Assembly: GCA_947629935.1 (NCBI GenBank)
Contig: CANRFQ010000001.1
Coordinates: 22,444-86,443, forward strand
Length of the DNA stretch: 64,000 nucleotides
DNA from: an uncultured Bacilli bacterium
Lineage (GTDB): Bacteria; Bacillota_I; Bacilli_A; RF39; UBA660
Direction of reading: 5' to 3'
The notes under the pieces are model-generated. The model made no database searches. It was not told where the DNA came from and saw nothing but the letters and a program-made list of their open reading frames with translations. Below are positions 18,710 through 26,416 of this stretch, one piece after another (position 1 is the first letter of the stretch; the number at the start of each line of letters is the position of its first letter). Both the position numbers and the translations under genes were made by a program.

Positions 18710-19591
18710 TTACCAAAATTTTCTTTTTTTAAAAATTATTAGACAAATAATTATTATTAAAGCGAAAACAATGAAAATCATCGGATAGCCAAATTCCCAA
18801 GTTAACTCTGGCATATATTTAAAATTCATACCATACCAACCAGTAATTAAAGTAAGAGGCAAGAAAATAGTGGTCACAATTGTTAATACTTTCATTACAT
18901 CATTTTGATGTAAACTTATTTGTGATTCATACAAATTTTGTAATTCTTGAGTATACTCTCGTAATAATAAGGCTTCACTCTGCAAGCGTCCTACTCGATC
19001 CGAATAGACCCCAAATATTTCTTCCGTTGTTATATAACTATCAATTAGAGTATCAGTTAAATCTAGAAGTTGATTATAGTAATGATAAAACCTTAAAATT
19101 TCTTTTTTTATTCTAATAATCGTTTCATTAAAATTATTAACTTCATTTTTTATTACTTTCGCTTCTAAAGAAGATAATCTTTCTTCTAATTTTTCTAAAT
19201 AGCTTAAATCATCTTTAATAATTATTTCTAATAAATCATGGAAAAACTTTACTATAGTATAATCTTTTTTACTTTTAGTATTAATTATTTCTTCAATTAA
19301 AGTATTGATTCTTGCTTCTTTTTCAATAAAGATTAAATTTTTATTATAAAAATAAAAATAACAACAATAATTAGCAGGAAATTTATTTTTAATAGGCACA
19401 CATAATGTCCCATACATATATTTTTTGGCATCTTCAATTTTACAGAACTTAATTTTCTCCTGTGCACTGTTTTCAATCAAATTATATTCTTGCCACTCTT
19501 CTTCGCTAAAAATACAAATTAAGCCGGTACTTTTATCTGTTAGTTTACTAGCAGATAAAACAATTTTATCATTTTTTATTTCATAAATCAT
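18710..19591 (-). CDS. corA: CorA-family magnesium/cobalt transporter (ATG start preceded by GAGGTAGAT; the ORF track begins at an upstream TTG)
   Basis: YGMNFKYMPEL signature followed by two C-terminal TM helices. Confidence 0.8.
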   Translation of the reverse strand: MIYEIKNDKIVLSASKLTDKSTGLICIFSEEEWQEYNLIENSAQEKIKFCKIEDAKKYMYGTLCVPIKNKFPANYCCYFYFYNKNLIFIEKEARINTLIEEIINTKSKKDYTIVKFFHDLLEIIIKDDLSYLEKLEERLSSLEAKVIKNEVNNFNETIIRIKKEILRFYHYYNQLLDLTDTLIDSYITTEEIFGVYSDRVGRLQSEALLLREYTQELQNLYESQISLHQNDVMKVLTIVTTIFLPLTLITGWYGMNFKYMPELTWEFGYPMIFIVFALIIIICLIIFKKRKFW

Positions 19592-19619
19592 ATTATCTAC
19601 CTCATACAAAAGTATAGCA

Positions 19620-19949
19620 CTAAGAAAATAATTTACCAATAACTTTTAAAAATTTTGATAATCCAGTTGTCATAAAACTTTCTACTTTTTTCGAAAAACT
19701 AAGGCCTATTTTCGAAGCTTTATTACTGTAATCTTTTGTTTCTTTTGTTAAATAATCATCAATTGTGACATCTTTTCCTTGGGCAACATCTTTTTCAAAT
19801 TTTTGAATAGCTTCATTCGTAAGCTTTACTCGATCATTTAACTTGCTTTCATAATAACCTGAAGAATTAGCTATATAAAGTCCCATATAAACAACAAATA
19901 AACTAATTAAAATGAACCAGAAAAATTTATTAGATTTCTTCTTTTTCAT
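19620..19949 (-). CDS. Small N-terminally anchored membrane protein, translationally coupled to spoIIP (YqxA-like position)
   Basis: ATGA overlap with the spoIIP stop. Single TM. No motif. Confidence 0.5.
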   Translation of the reverse strand: MKKKKSNKFFWFILISLFVVYMGLYIANSSGYYESKLNDRVKLTNEAIQKFEKDVAQGKDVTIDDYLTKETKDYSNKASKIGLSFSKKVESFMTTGLSKFLKVIGKLFS

Positions 19950-20920
19950 TGCTGACTATTCACCAAATCATATAAAGAATTAGCTATTACGGTTAAAGTA
20001 TTTGTTACTTCATCAATAGTATTTTCTGGTCCACCTACTTCGATTAACAAAGCGTTACTACTCAAATCCTGATTATATATACCGTTATTGCCTTTTCCCC
20101 CTTTTTTTAAAATCCCTTTCGACAAAGAGTCACATTTAGAATTAACTATATCACTTAATTTTTGGGCTATAGCTATATTTTGTTCATAATTTTCATGTTC
20201 AATACCAACAACAAATAAAATTTTAGCATATGACTTATTATTTAGGGTTAAAGTAGTTGTATTTTTCGGAACAGAATCTCTATGAATATCAATAATATAT
20301 TTTAAAGAATCATTTTTGGCAAGGGCATCCTCAACCAACATACGACTAGCTTTATAAGAATAACTATATTTCCAATTATTTATATTTAATAATTCGGTTA
20401 TATCTGTCTCTTCCACAATAGTCGGAATATTTAAATCATTTAATTTTTCTTTTAAAATATAGCTCGCCATTAAAACATTAGGAGAAGCGTCATACATATT
20501 AACATTGCTATTACTATAATCTTCTAATTGGTGGGAATTATATAAATAAATTAAAGGTTTTTTAACATTGTACTTATTAGGATCTTCAAAATACTTAGTA
20601 ACTATTGATTCTTCATCATAACTATCTTCAAATACTACAGCACTATCATCAATTAAATGATTCATGCTAGTTTTTAATAATAACGAAGAAGAATTAAAAT
20701 TAATATTAAATAAATCATTATTTTTATTAGTTTCAATTAAATTATTAGCACTTGTTTTTAAAAGATAATTAATTATTACTTTGTTAGAAACTTTATCTTT
20801 AATTTTTTTATTATATAAAAATTTAAAGCTATAAGAAAAAGATATATATACTAATCCAATTATAAATAATATTTTAATTAAATAATATTTTCTTTTCTTT
20901 TTCGCTTTAAATCTTTTCAT
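19946..20920 (-). CDS. spoIIP: Stage II sporulation protein P (SpoIIP; MurNAc-LAA amidase-like)
   Basis: N-terminal TM, LIYLYNSHQLEDY, IDIHRDS and LIEVGGPENT segments resemble SpoIIP motifs. Synteny with the gpr-family gene upstream, as in Bacillus (gpr-spoIIP). Confidence 0.6.
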   Translation of the reverse strand: MKRFKAKKKRKYYLIKILFIIGLVYISFSYSFKFLYNKKIKDKVSNKVIINYLLKTSANNLIETNKNNDLFNINFNSSSLLLKTSMNHLIDDSAVVFEDSYDEESIVTKYFEDPNKYNVKKPLIYLYNSHQLEDYSNSNVNMYDASPNVLMASYILKEKLNDLNIPTIVEETDITELLNINNWKYSYSYKASRMLVEDALAKNDSLKYIIDIHRDSVPKNTTTLTLNNKSYAKILFVVGIEHENYEQNIAIAQKLSDIVNSKCDSLSKGILKKGGKGNNGIYNQDLSSNALLIEVGGPENTIDEVTNTLTVIANSLYDLVNSQQ

Positions 20921-21240
20921 ATTTATCCCATCCTAAAATCATTGTACTGAATTTCTTTTAAAAAAATTGTTGATTTTAGGATAATTTAAACAGTTATTTA
21001 ACAACATAAGGATCTTGCTCAGTTCCACACTTTTATACCAGCACCTGCAAACTAGTATCAGCCTATATAAATTTTCATGTAGCCGAAAAATTCGTCAGAA
21101 TTTGACGAACGATTTTAATTTAGCTTTATTGTTTAGCTTTTTATAATATTTACTCGAGTGCTATCTGGGGCATCTACCATTTTACATCTTGATAAAACAT
21201 AATCCTATGGGGTTTTGGTTTATAAGGAAGTGGATGTGTT

Positions 21241-21312
21241 ATGAGAAAACTTTTAGATATACCAAAAATGATTATCATTATAAAAATTTTAAATATCCTA
21301 AAAGATATTTAA
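21241..21312 (+). CDS. Conserved 23-codon ORF inside the repeat (MRKLLDIPKMIIIIKILNILKDI); coding status uncertain
   Basis: RBS AAGGAAGTGGA lies 6-9 nt upstream. The reading frame is intact in both copies (copy 2: MKKLLVYLKVIIIIKILNILEDI), but 7 nonsynonymous versus 2 synonymous differences. Confidence 0.25.
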   Translation: MRKLLDIPKMIIIIKILNILKDI

Positions 21313-21397
21313 AATAAAATGACGCCCGTTAGAAAGAGTAATCTTTTTAACATGGCGTCTGCAACAAAAGTGTAGATGCTATTCATTTAGCACTTAC
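21310..21397 (-). ncRNA. Candidate ~85-nt small RNA: consensus promoter (-35 TTGTAA 21427-21432, 17 bp, -10 TATAAT 21404-21409) to intrinsic terminator (GACGCC/GGCGUC outer stem, 10-bp inner stem with GUAA-type loop, U-run)
   Basis: Promoter and first 28 transcribed nt are 100% identical in both copies. The terminator's outer stem is conserved while its inner stem and loop differ by compensatory changes (copy 1 gttagaaaga/tctttttaac; copy 2 acttaa/ttaagt). Confidence 0.35.
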
Positions 21398-21909
21398 ATT
21401 TTTATTATATACTTTCTTTTTTTATTTTACAATTATTTTTTACATTTACTTTTTGTTTCTTCTGTTTAAAATCAAAGTTCTATGCATATTATCATCATTA
21501 ATATTATCTAAATTTTGATTTTTGATAGTTGTAGGTGTTTTAAGGAGATTGCTTAAATGTTCTGATACTACAAATCTAAAAGGATCCCATTCATCAAAAG
21601 TATTAGCATAATCAGTTAAACACTCATGACAGTTTTTAAATGTATGACATCTCCAAGCTGCACTTCCAATCATATCGCCCGGAGCACATACTCCCAATTT
21701 TTTCCATTTGATTATTTTTTCTTCCGGTGTTATTTTTCCTCTTCTATGAATTGCATCTATTTCTTCTTGACTTCAGGGTTTAAATTTTACTGTTGTTACT
21801 TCTTTTATTATTGCCTTCTTTCTATAAAAATATTATATACTATGTATATGATAAAGAAAATATTTTTACATTTTCCTACCAAACATATTTAAAAATTTTG
21901 CATAAAATC

Positions 21910-22683
21910 TCATTTCAAAAATAACTCATTTAAAGAACTGGCTATAATATCACTCAATTTATTTATTTCTTCTTCAATATTTAAAGAACTATACATTCTT
22001 TTATTAATATCGATTACTACAGGTACCCCTATAGATATTAATGGAATATTAAAAGTTTTAAAACTAATTTTTCTATTTGTTTTAATGGCACTGCCAGGAA
22101 TAATTCCTGTATCCGAAATTTCAATACATCTATTTAAGTTCTTGGGATTATTAGTAGCCAAAGAATCAATAACTATAATAGAGCTTGGTTTTAAAGAATT
22201 TACTAACATTTTAATTAGAGCAAAAGAACTTATTCCCGTTTTCCCAATAACTTCCGGAACAAATAAAGCTACTTTGGGAATAGTTAAAAAATCTACATAT
22301 TGATTAGTCGCTATTACTTTATTAGTCGTCTTTGGTCCTAATGAATCACATAAAATACTGGAGTTACCGAGTCCAATAATTAACGTAGTACCATAGTTAG
22401 GAATCGCCTTTTTAAAATGTCTTAAAACTTTTATTATTTCTTTTTTTATTGTTTTAGGATAGTTGTTTAAAACATTATCTTTAAAACAAATAGTAAAATA
22501 TTGCCCAACATCTCTTTTTAAATATTTTTTCTTTTCCTCATCGACTGCAAAGAAGGATGTTTTAATATCATTTTTAATGCTTTCTTCTAATTTATAACCG
22601 TTATTTTTAAATGTCGATTCTGCTAAATCTAAAAAAAGTTTATTTTTCATAATCTCACCAATATTATTTTGGCCGGAAAGCAC
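21910..22683 (-). CDS. gpr: GPR/YyaC-family spore germination protease (peptidase A25); probable start at internal ATG 22650
   Basis: LIIGLGN...LGP and ISDTGIIPGS motifs correspond to the conserved GPR segments (VGLGNWNVTPDALGP, ISDTGIHPGS). It is shorter than Bacillus GPR (C-terminal ~100 aa absent). Confidence 0.6.
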   Translation of the reverse strand: MLSGQNNIGEIMKNKLFLDLAESTFKNNGYKLEESIKNDIKTSFFAVDEEKKKYLKRDVGQYFTICFKDNVLNNYPKTIKKEIIKVLRHFKKAIPNYGTTLIIGLGNSSILCDSLGPKTTNKVIATNQYVDFLTIPKVALFVPEVIGKTGISSFALIKMLVNSLKPSSIIVIDSLATNNPKNLNRCIEISDTGIIPGSAIKTNRKISFKTFNIPLISIGVPVVIDINKRMYSSLNIEEEINKLSDIIASSLNELFLK

Positions 22684-22690
22684 TTTTTTA

Positions 22691-22719
22691 TTGCAAAAGT
22701 CATAATGTTTTGATAAAAT
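22691..22719 (+). promoter_or_regulatory. rpsT promoter (-35 TTGCAA, 17 bp, -10 TAAAAT)
   Basis: Read directly from the sequence, in the divergent intergenic region. Confidence 0.45.
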
Positions 22720-22750
22720 TGATATTGTATTTATGGAAGGGAGATTTTGT

Positions 22751-23014
22751 ATGCCTAATATTAAAAGTTCAAAGAAAGCTGTAAAAGTTATTGCTAAAAA
22801 AACTGATGCTGCTCATGAATATAAAGCTAGAGTTAAAAATTCTATTAAAAATTTAGAAAAAGCAATTGCTGCCAAAGATACAGAAAATGCTGAAAAATTA
22901 GTTAAAGATGTTCAAAAAAATATTGATAAAGCTGCTAGCAAAGGATTAGTAAAAAAAGGTACTGCTGCTAGACAAAAATCAAGACTTGTAAACAAAGTTA
23001 AAGGTATGAAGTAA
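22751..23014 (+). CDS. rpsT: 30S ribosomal protein S20 (real start MPNIKSSKK; the ORF-track start at 22733 includes the RBS)
   Basis: N-terminal NIKSSKKAVKV and an overall basic helical protein of 87 aa. RBS GGAAGGGAG. Confidence 0.9.
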   Translation: MPNIKSSKKAVKVIAKKTDAAHEYKARVKNSIKNLEKAIAAKDTENAEKLVKDVQKNIDKAASKGLVKKGTAARQKSRLVNKVKGMK

Positions 23015-23038
23015 GAATTGATTACTTCATTTTTTTTT
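23006..23038 (+). terminator. Intrinsic terminator of rpsT (9-bp stem atgaagtaa/ttacttcat, 7-nt loop, T8)
   Basis: The hairpin overlaps the stop codon and is followed by TTTTTTTT. Confidence 0.7.
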
Positions 23039-23066
23039 GGTAAAATCAAGATAAGATGGTGATGAA

Positions 23067-23978
23067 ATGAAAAGAGTTATCGTACCTATCATTTTGTGTG
23101 TTATTCTTTTATTAGTAGCAATATATATTGAACCAATAACCAATACTATAGCTAATGTTTTAGAAAATGAGCCAAAAATTGTAATCGAGCCCACAAATGA
23201 ATACTATCGCAATTATGATTTTGAATTTGTCCAACAAACGGAAGATTTTGTTCCTTATAGTTATCAAGGATTATTAAATATAATTTATACCATGTTAAAT
23301 AACGGCTGGCAAAAGTTTACTTTCTATTGTCCTGATGAATATGCAGAATGTCTAAATGATGTGGAAAGAATTTCGAAAGATAATGTACTATTAACTAATA
23401 TCAACAATTATGTTCATCCTTTTAATAATTTTGATAATATTGTGACAAGTTACTATAAATCTGGTGAAGTAACAATTGAAATAACTAAATTATATTCCGA
23501 AGATGATATAAATAGAATTAATGCTGAAGTTGATAGATTAATAGCCACATTAATTACCAATGATATGGATGATGTTACGAAAATAAAAACCATTCATGAT
23601 TATATAATTAACAATACTAAATATGATACTATTCGCAATGACACAAATCAAAGTCCTTACCATTCTAATACAGCACTCGGGCCTTTATTTGAAGGATATG
23701 CCATTTGTAGTGGATATGCTGATGCAATGGAATTATTTTTAGAAAAGTTTGATCTTAAAAGTTTTAAAGTAGCAAGTTCCTTACATATTTGGAATTCTGT
23801 TTATATAAATGGTGTTTGGAAACAACTAGATTTAACATGGGATGATCCAATTACAACTACTAATGAAGATTATTTATATTATAAATATTTTTTAGTAAAT
23901 GCTAGTGATTTAGCATCCTTAGATACTGAAACTAATCAACATGAATTTGATAGGACAGTCTACTTAGAATTAAAATAA
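23067..23978 (+). CDS. Transglutaminase-like cysteine-protease-fold protein with an N-terminal signal anchor
   Basis: Cys-His-Asp core: YAICSGYADAM ... HIWNSVYINGVWKQLDLTWDD. N-terminal TM. Confidence 0.7.
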   Translation: MKRVIVPIILCVILLLVAIYIEPITNTIANVLENEPKIVIEPTNEYYRNYDFEFVQQTEDFVPYSYQGLLNIIYTMLNNGWQKFTFYCPDEYAECLNDVERISKDNVLLTNINNYVHPFNNFDNIVTSYYKSGEVTIEITKLYSEDDINRINAEVDRLIATLITNDMDDVTKIKTIHDYIINNTKYDTIRNDTNQSPYHSNTALGPLFEGYAICSGYADAMELFLEKFDLKSFKVASSLHIWNSVYINGVWKQLDLTWDDPITTTNEDYLYYKYFLVNASDLASLDTETNQHEFDRTVYLELK

Positions 23979-23983
23979 CATAC

Positions 23984-24721
23984 TCATTTTAAAGAGTATG
24001 TTTTTATATCTTGGAACGTCTGAATTTTATCTTCTTTATTTTCTAAAATACAATATAAGAAATCCGAAAACTGGGTATTAAGAAAGTCATTTAAAAGATT
24101 TCTCACCTTATAATTAGTAATATAATTCGCTACATTATTTCTTACGAAAGCTCGAAAAAACATAACATTAAAATTTTTAAGATTTTTTTGGCAAATATTA
24201 TTTTTATTCTCTTTTGGTAAAAGCAGATATAAATCGGTATCTAATATCCATAAATTTTTATTTTCTTGTTCTAGAATCATATTGGCAAATTTAATATCCT
24301 TAATAGCCAAGTGATATTCTAGACTTAATCTTATTATTTCTTCTTGAATTTTCTTTATCTCATTATATAATGTTTCTAAATTTAAGTTTAAAAAATCCTC
24401 ATCAGTAAAATCATTTCCAATTACTTTCTTGGCTATATAACCATAAAACTGATCCAAATAAAATACTAAATGCATAGGGAATATAAAAGCATCACTTTCT
24501 ATTCCCTTATTTACAAGAGCACTAATTTGATAATAAAAATCCGTAAAATCAAAAGGAATATTCGATATTAATATAGTCCCATTTATAATTTGAGGATGCC
24601 ATAATTTAATTATGTTTTTTTCATCTAATTCATAAACTTTGCCACATTGACCCTCACCTAAACATTGATGAGATGTTATTTCGGCATATTCGTCTTTAGA
24701 TAGTTCTACAAATCTATCCAT
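23984..24721 (-). CDS. Atypical protein-kinase-like fold protein, paralog B
   Basis: Gly-rich loop GEGQCGKVY, a KLW lysine segment, the catalytic-loop-like DIKFANMIL and the DFG-like ILDTD. It is homologous to 25597..26367 (e.g. GEGQCGKVYELDEKNIIKLWHPQ versus GHGNDGKVVFYNKKNVMKLWYDQ). Confidence 0.55.
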   Translation of the reverse strand: MDRFVELSKDEYAEITSHQCLGEGQCGKVYELDEKNIIKLWHPQIINGTILISNIPFDFTDFYYQISALVNKGIESDAFIFPMHLVFYLDQFYGYIAKKVIGNDFTDEDFLNLNLETLYNEIKKIQEEIIRLSLEYHLAIKDIKFANMILEQENKNLWILDTDLYLLLPKENKNNICQKNLKNFNVMFFRAFVRNNVANYITNYKVRNLLNDFLNTQFSDFLYCILENKEDKIQTFQDIKTYSLK

Positions 24722-24729
24722 AAATCTCC

Positions 24730-25581
24730 CTACTTCTCTAAATAATCTATAACTTCCTTAATTGTATTTTGGAAATTAGCGTAATCAACATTAAACCATT
24801 TAACGTCCATTTGATGAGCATACCAAGTATATTGTCTTTTAGCATACTTACGAGATTTTTGTTTAATCATCTCTTTAGCCTCTTCTAAAGATATTTTCTT
24901 ATCAAAATAAGCATACAACTCTTTATAGCCAATCGCTGTCATAATCGCTTTACTATGAATACCTTTGTCATATAAAGTTTTTACTTCTTCTAATAATCCC
25001 TCAGCAAACATTTCATCTACGCGCTTATTAATCAAATTATATAAGTTTTCTCTAGGTGTTGTAAGACCAATAAAATGCACATTATCATATAATAACTGAT
25101 CTTTATTATAAGCATCTGTTTCTCTATTTAAAAAACGAATTAATCTTTGGCGATTGTGAGGATGAATATCCATATTTTTATCTTTTTTTAAAGCCCTAAT
25201 ATAAAGTTCTTCATTTGTTAAATTATCATAACTATTGAAATTTGTTTCTTCTTGAAACTCATAGTTATATAACAAGGCTTTCATGTATAAGCCCGAACCA
25301 CCAACTATAATGATATTTTGATCTTTATGTTCTTCTATAACTTTACGACCATCTTTTTGATAATCATATACTGTATAATTTTCAGCAACATCGACATAAT
25401 CCAATAAATAATGAGGAATATTTTCTTTTTCTTCTTCTTTAATTTTAGCAGTACCAATATCTAAATCTTTATAGACTTGCATGGCATCACAATTAATAAT
25501 AATTCCCTTATATTTTTGGGCAAGAGCAATTGACATTTTTGTTTTCCCTACGCCAGTTGGTCCGCAAACACATATAATCAT
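24730..25581 (-). CDS. miaA: tRNA dimethylallyltransferase MiaA
   Basis: P-loop CGPTGVGKT at the N-terminus and a length of 283 aa. RBS AGGGCGGTG. Confidence 0.9.
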   Translation of the reverse strand: MIICVCGPTGVGKTKMSIALAQKYKGIIINCDAMQVYKDLDIGTAKIKEEEKENIPHYLLDYVDVAENYTVYDYQKDGRKVIEEHKDQNIIIVGGSGLYMKALLYNYEFQEETNFNSYDNLTNEELYIRALKKDKNMDIHPHNRQRLIRFLNRETDAYNKDQLLYDNVHFIGLTTPRENLYNLINKRVDEMFAEGLLEEVKTLYDKGIHSKAIMTAIGYKELYAYFDKKISLEEAKEMIKQKSRKYAKRQYTWYAHQMDVKWFNVDYANFQNTIKEVIDYLEK

Positions 25582-25596
25582 TTTTTCACCGCCCTT

Positions 25597-26367
25597 TTAA
25601 ATATTTCGAAAGTCCCCCATTGTTTTAATTTTCACAATTTTTTCTTTTTCTAATTCATGGTGCAATTTTCTTAAAAAATCTGTTAATATTGTACTTTGAT
25701 TATTTTTTATTAAAGCAAAGTTACCTCTCAAATTTTGATTAGATTCAATAAATTCTTTAAGTGGTTCTGTTATTATTTGGGCAAAGATAATATTTCTTAT
25801 TTCATTAATGTTATGTTCATATAATTTTTGGAAGTCTTTTGAAGTTTTTTGCCAAGAATCAGGATCCATAAGACCAAAAGAAACAATTTTATGTTTTTGT
25901 AACACCATTAAGTTTTTAGCATGAATATCATTTAACATAAAACCCTCTTGAGAAAAAATCAATAATTCTTTTTCTAATCTTTTTAACCCGTTCAAAAAAG
26001 CACGAAATAATATTAAATCACTTAAAATATCTAAGTTACGGCCCGGAAAATAAGCAAGTAAATAACCGACAACTTCTCCTAAATATTCCACTGGTACTTT
26101 AGGTATATAAATATAATGATAGTGATATGTTGCGGTGTTTAAATCGCGAATATTGTGAATATAATTTTCTTTAACTTCTGGTAATAATTCATAAGGAGAA
26201 TCTTGATCATACCAAAGTTTCATAACATTTTTCTTATTATAAAAAACTACTTTCCCATCATTACCGTGTCCAGTTGGCATACCATTAATAATGCGTCCAA
26301 CTTCGGGAGCATTTTTATAATAAGTATATTCACCGGAAGTTAAAACTAAATTATTTTTCATTCCCAT
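25597..26367 (-). CDS. Atypical protein-kinase-like fold protein, paralog A
   Basis: GHGNDGKVVF, KLWYDQ, LNDIHAKNLMV and LMDPD motifs. Paralog of 23984..24721. Confidence 0.55.
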   Translation of the reverse strand: MGMKNNLVLTSGEYTYYKNAPEVGRIINGMPTGHGNDGKVVFYNKKNVMKLWYDQDSPYELLPEVKENYIHNIRDLNTATYHYHYIYIPKVPVEYLGEVVGYLLAYFPGRNLDILSDLILFRAFLNGLKRLEKELLIFSQEGFMLNDIHAKNLMVLQKHKIVSFGLMDPDSWQKTSKDFQKLYEHNINEIRNIIFAQIITEPLKEFIESNQNLRGNFALIKNNQSTILTDFLRKLHHELEKEKIVKIKTMGDFRNI

Positions 26368-26416
26368 TACCCCTTTAGCGCTTAGTATAATACTATTTTG
26401 TTATGAATTTGTCAAA

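Larger units (their letters stand above)
21086..21432. repeat. Copy 1 of a ~345-bp duplicated intergenic element (second copy at 57503-57847, ~88% identity)
   Basis: Direct comparison of the two regions. The ends, promoter, terminator stems and RBS region are conserved. The terminator loop and the 5' half of the small ORF diverge. Confidence 0.85.

Noticed and set aside
21150-21392. CIRCE-like half sites (GAGTGCTA at ~21156, TTAGCACT at ~21384) within the repeat as a genuine HrcA operator
   Set aside because: The half-sites are ~210 bp apart rather than 9 bp, so they cannot form a canonical CIRCE. They are retained only as a curiosity in the finding and not called as a feature.
21086-21432. 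The repeat as tmRNA, RNase P RNA, SRP RNA or 6S RNA
   Set aside because: It lacks the tmRNA tag reading frame and tRNA-like ends, the RNase P conserved GGAAAGUCC/AGGGUGAAA-type blocks and the SRP domain IV motif. It occurs in two copies, and those RNAs are single-copy.
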